This document shows positions 62,201 to 64,000 of a stretch of DNA of 64,000 nt, one piece after another. The notes under the pieces were generated by a model. That model ran no database searches. It was given only the letters and a program-made list of their open reading frames with translations, and was not told where the DNA came from. The first letter of the stretch is position 1, and each line of letters opens with the position of its first letter. The stretch comes from Gordius albopunctatus (taxonomy: Eukaryota), in NCBI GenBank assembly GCA_964276515.1, contig OZ193909.1, positions 1,612,001 to 1,676,000 of the forward strand, read 5' to 3'. Both the position numbers and the translations under genes were made by a program.

Positions 62201-64000
62201 TTGACTTACGCGATTTTTATATTGATTTATTAAAGTGTCTTATAAGGTTTGATGTACAAATACTACATAATTGCTTATATGAAAAGTATTAATTACTCGT
62301 CTATATATTTGTTAGATCTTGATATGATCGCGGAAAAAAACATAAGTAAGATTTGCACTAAATATATTTAGATAGATCTGATATAAATGATTTTATATTA
62401 TATACATATACCCTATTTCTGAAGTATAAAACATTTCTGTTATCAACACAATTCAATGCATGATATCACGATAGAATTAAATTTAGAAAAATTAACAAAT
62501 TAAGTGTTTATTTCAGAAAGAATAGACTAAAATATTGTAAAATTTAAAATCATATATTCTCTAATTTAACTAAAAGTACAAAAAATGTTTTTATTTTTAC
62601 TAAGAAGAGAAGTCATATTTTATTAACACAGCACATCACATTAAAATCATGTACTTAGGACTCGGTAAAACAATTTATAAGACCGAAAATCTAGCAAATA
62701 ACTTAAGGCTCTTTACTGAAAATTGTTTCAAATGCTTTCATTATATTCAAAAACATGTTTTCATACTCATTTTTAATTTTTTCTAATTCTATTACTCGCA
62801 TTAAAAGAATGAGGCCTGAATTTTTCTCTATTAATCTTAATTTTAAGAAGCCTTTTCATCGAAAACACAAATTTTTTATTAATGAATAAATATTTCGTAA
62901 TGGCGTCGGACGAGAGCTTTTTTAGTTATTTGTTACTTGATAACTTCCATTTTTTATAAGTCTCACAGAAAAATTATTAAAGTTTGAATATCAATTTATT
63001 AATAACACCGTTCTGCAATGAAAATCTGACAATTAGTTATGATAAAGAAATTTCCGCTGCGCTGATTAATAATATTTTTGAATTTTTCATAATAGGTCTT
63101 AATTTTTAGATAATTAAGAGTAAAAGTGTAAATATGATCTTTATAGCCTTTTTTGGAACTACTTCACTCCCAATTTATTTTCATTAATAATTATTCAATT
63201 CTATAATTTATTGATTAATCTAAAGGGATATAATATTATTTCTTTTGTTTCACATTTATATTTAATTTATTTTAATCTATCTAAACCTTTTCCTCTAATC
63301 AATTACCCCGACCATGTATGAGAAAACGAAGTACATTAGAGTACATTGTACTTATGCGATGCTTGCCAAAATTTCACTCGCCCTCTCCACTTAGTCTCTC
63401 CCCTTTCCTTCTCCCTCCCGCCCCGATATCTAGCCACGCAAACGAGATAGGGGCGGGAGTGAAGGAGATGAGAAAGTAAATGGAAGAACACAGCATAAGT
63501 ATTATAGTGTGTAATCTAAAATACTTCTTTTTTCCACACACGGTTTTGAGGAATAAAAATAAAGTAGAAATATAATGGGAAATTAGCTTCAAAAAACGTT
63601 AAAAAGGCCATTTTCATATATCTAAAAATCAAGACTTGTCGGGAAAAAACTAAAAAGGTATTATTGCTTAGCGTAATGTACTAAGATTTTTGCAAAAAAA
63701 TCTAAAAAACTTTCAAACTTAGTTTATATACGAGTAGCTGCTCTATTTAGTCTACTTATTATATAAATCTAAGTTCCACTTTACTCTCTCTCCCAAAATG
63801 TTAACTGAGCCACTATTACTAATATATAAACACAAATTAAGATTAGGAATTGATACTTGATAAAGAAATTTGTTCAAATACAAATTAAAAGAGGAGCGGT
63901 ATTGGGTATATTGTGTGAAATGTGTATCCTCCCCCTTTCAGCACTAAAATTTTTAAAACTATAATATAAATTAGCTGAAATTTTAAAAGTACATTAAAAT
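59260..64000 (+). repeat. Segmental duplication, copy 2; includes Gypsy C gag and LTR plus the 5' half of the receptor-like gene; runs off the window
   Basis: Colinear with 45900-50590. Domain-1 exons are at about 61418-61526 and 61753-61907. Confidence 0.95.

Overview
AT-rich animal (probably invertebrate) genomic DNA with very short introns, dominated by decayed and nested transposable elements: Gypsy LTR elements, an RTE LINE, CRE-clade non-LTR fragments, MULE, hAT and piggyBac DNA transposons, MITEs and a Helitron 3' end. Host genes read by eye: the 5' part of an ELP2 gene; a TDP-43 homologue whose C-terminus is a long Ser/Pro-rich tail; a decayed ATP7-type copper ATPase fragment; two THAP-domain remnants; and a multi-exon gene absent from the ORF track with two tandem TGF-beta type I receptor-like ectodomains and no kinase, partly duplicated at the window end. 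The most unusual object is a full-length Gypsy element (25630-31043). Its gag region seems to lack a capsid domain and instead has hydrophobic segments plus one zinc knuckle. It also has a UAG-CAR-YYA read-through context, a triplicated primer-binding site, and a third Arg-rich zinc-knuckle ORF behind a splice acceptor. All calls are manual; no searches were run.
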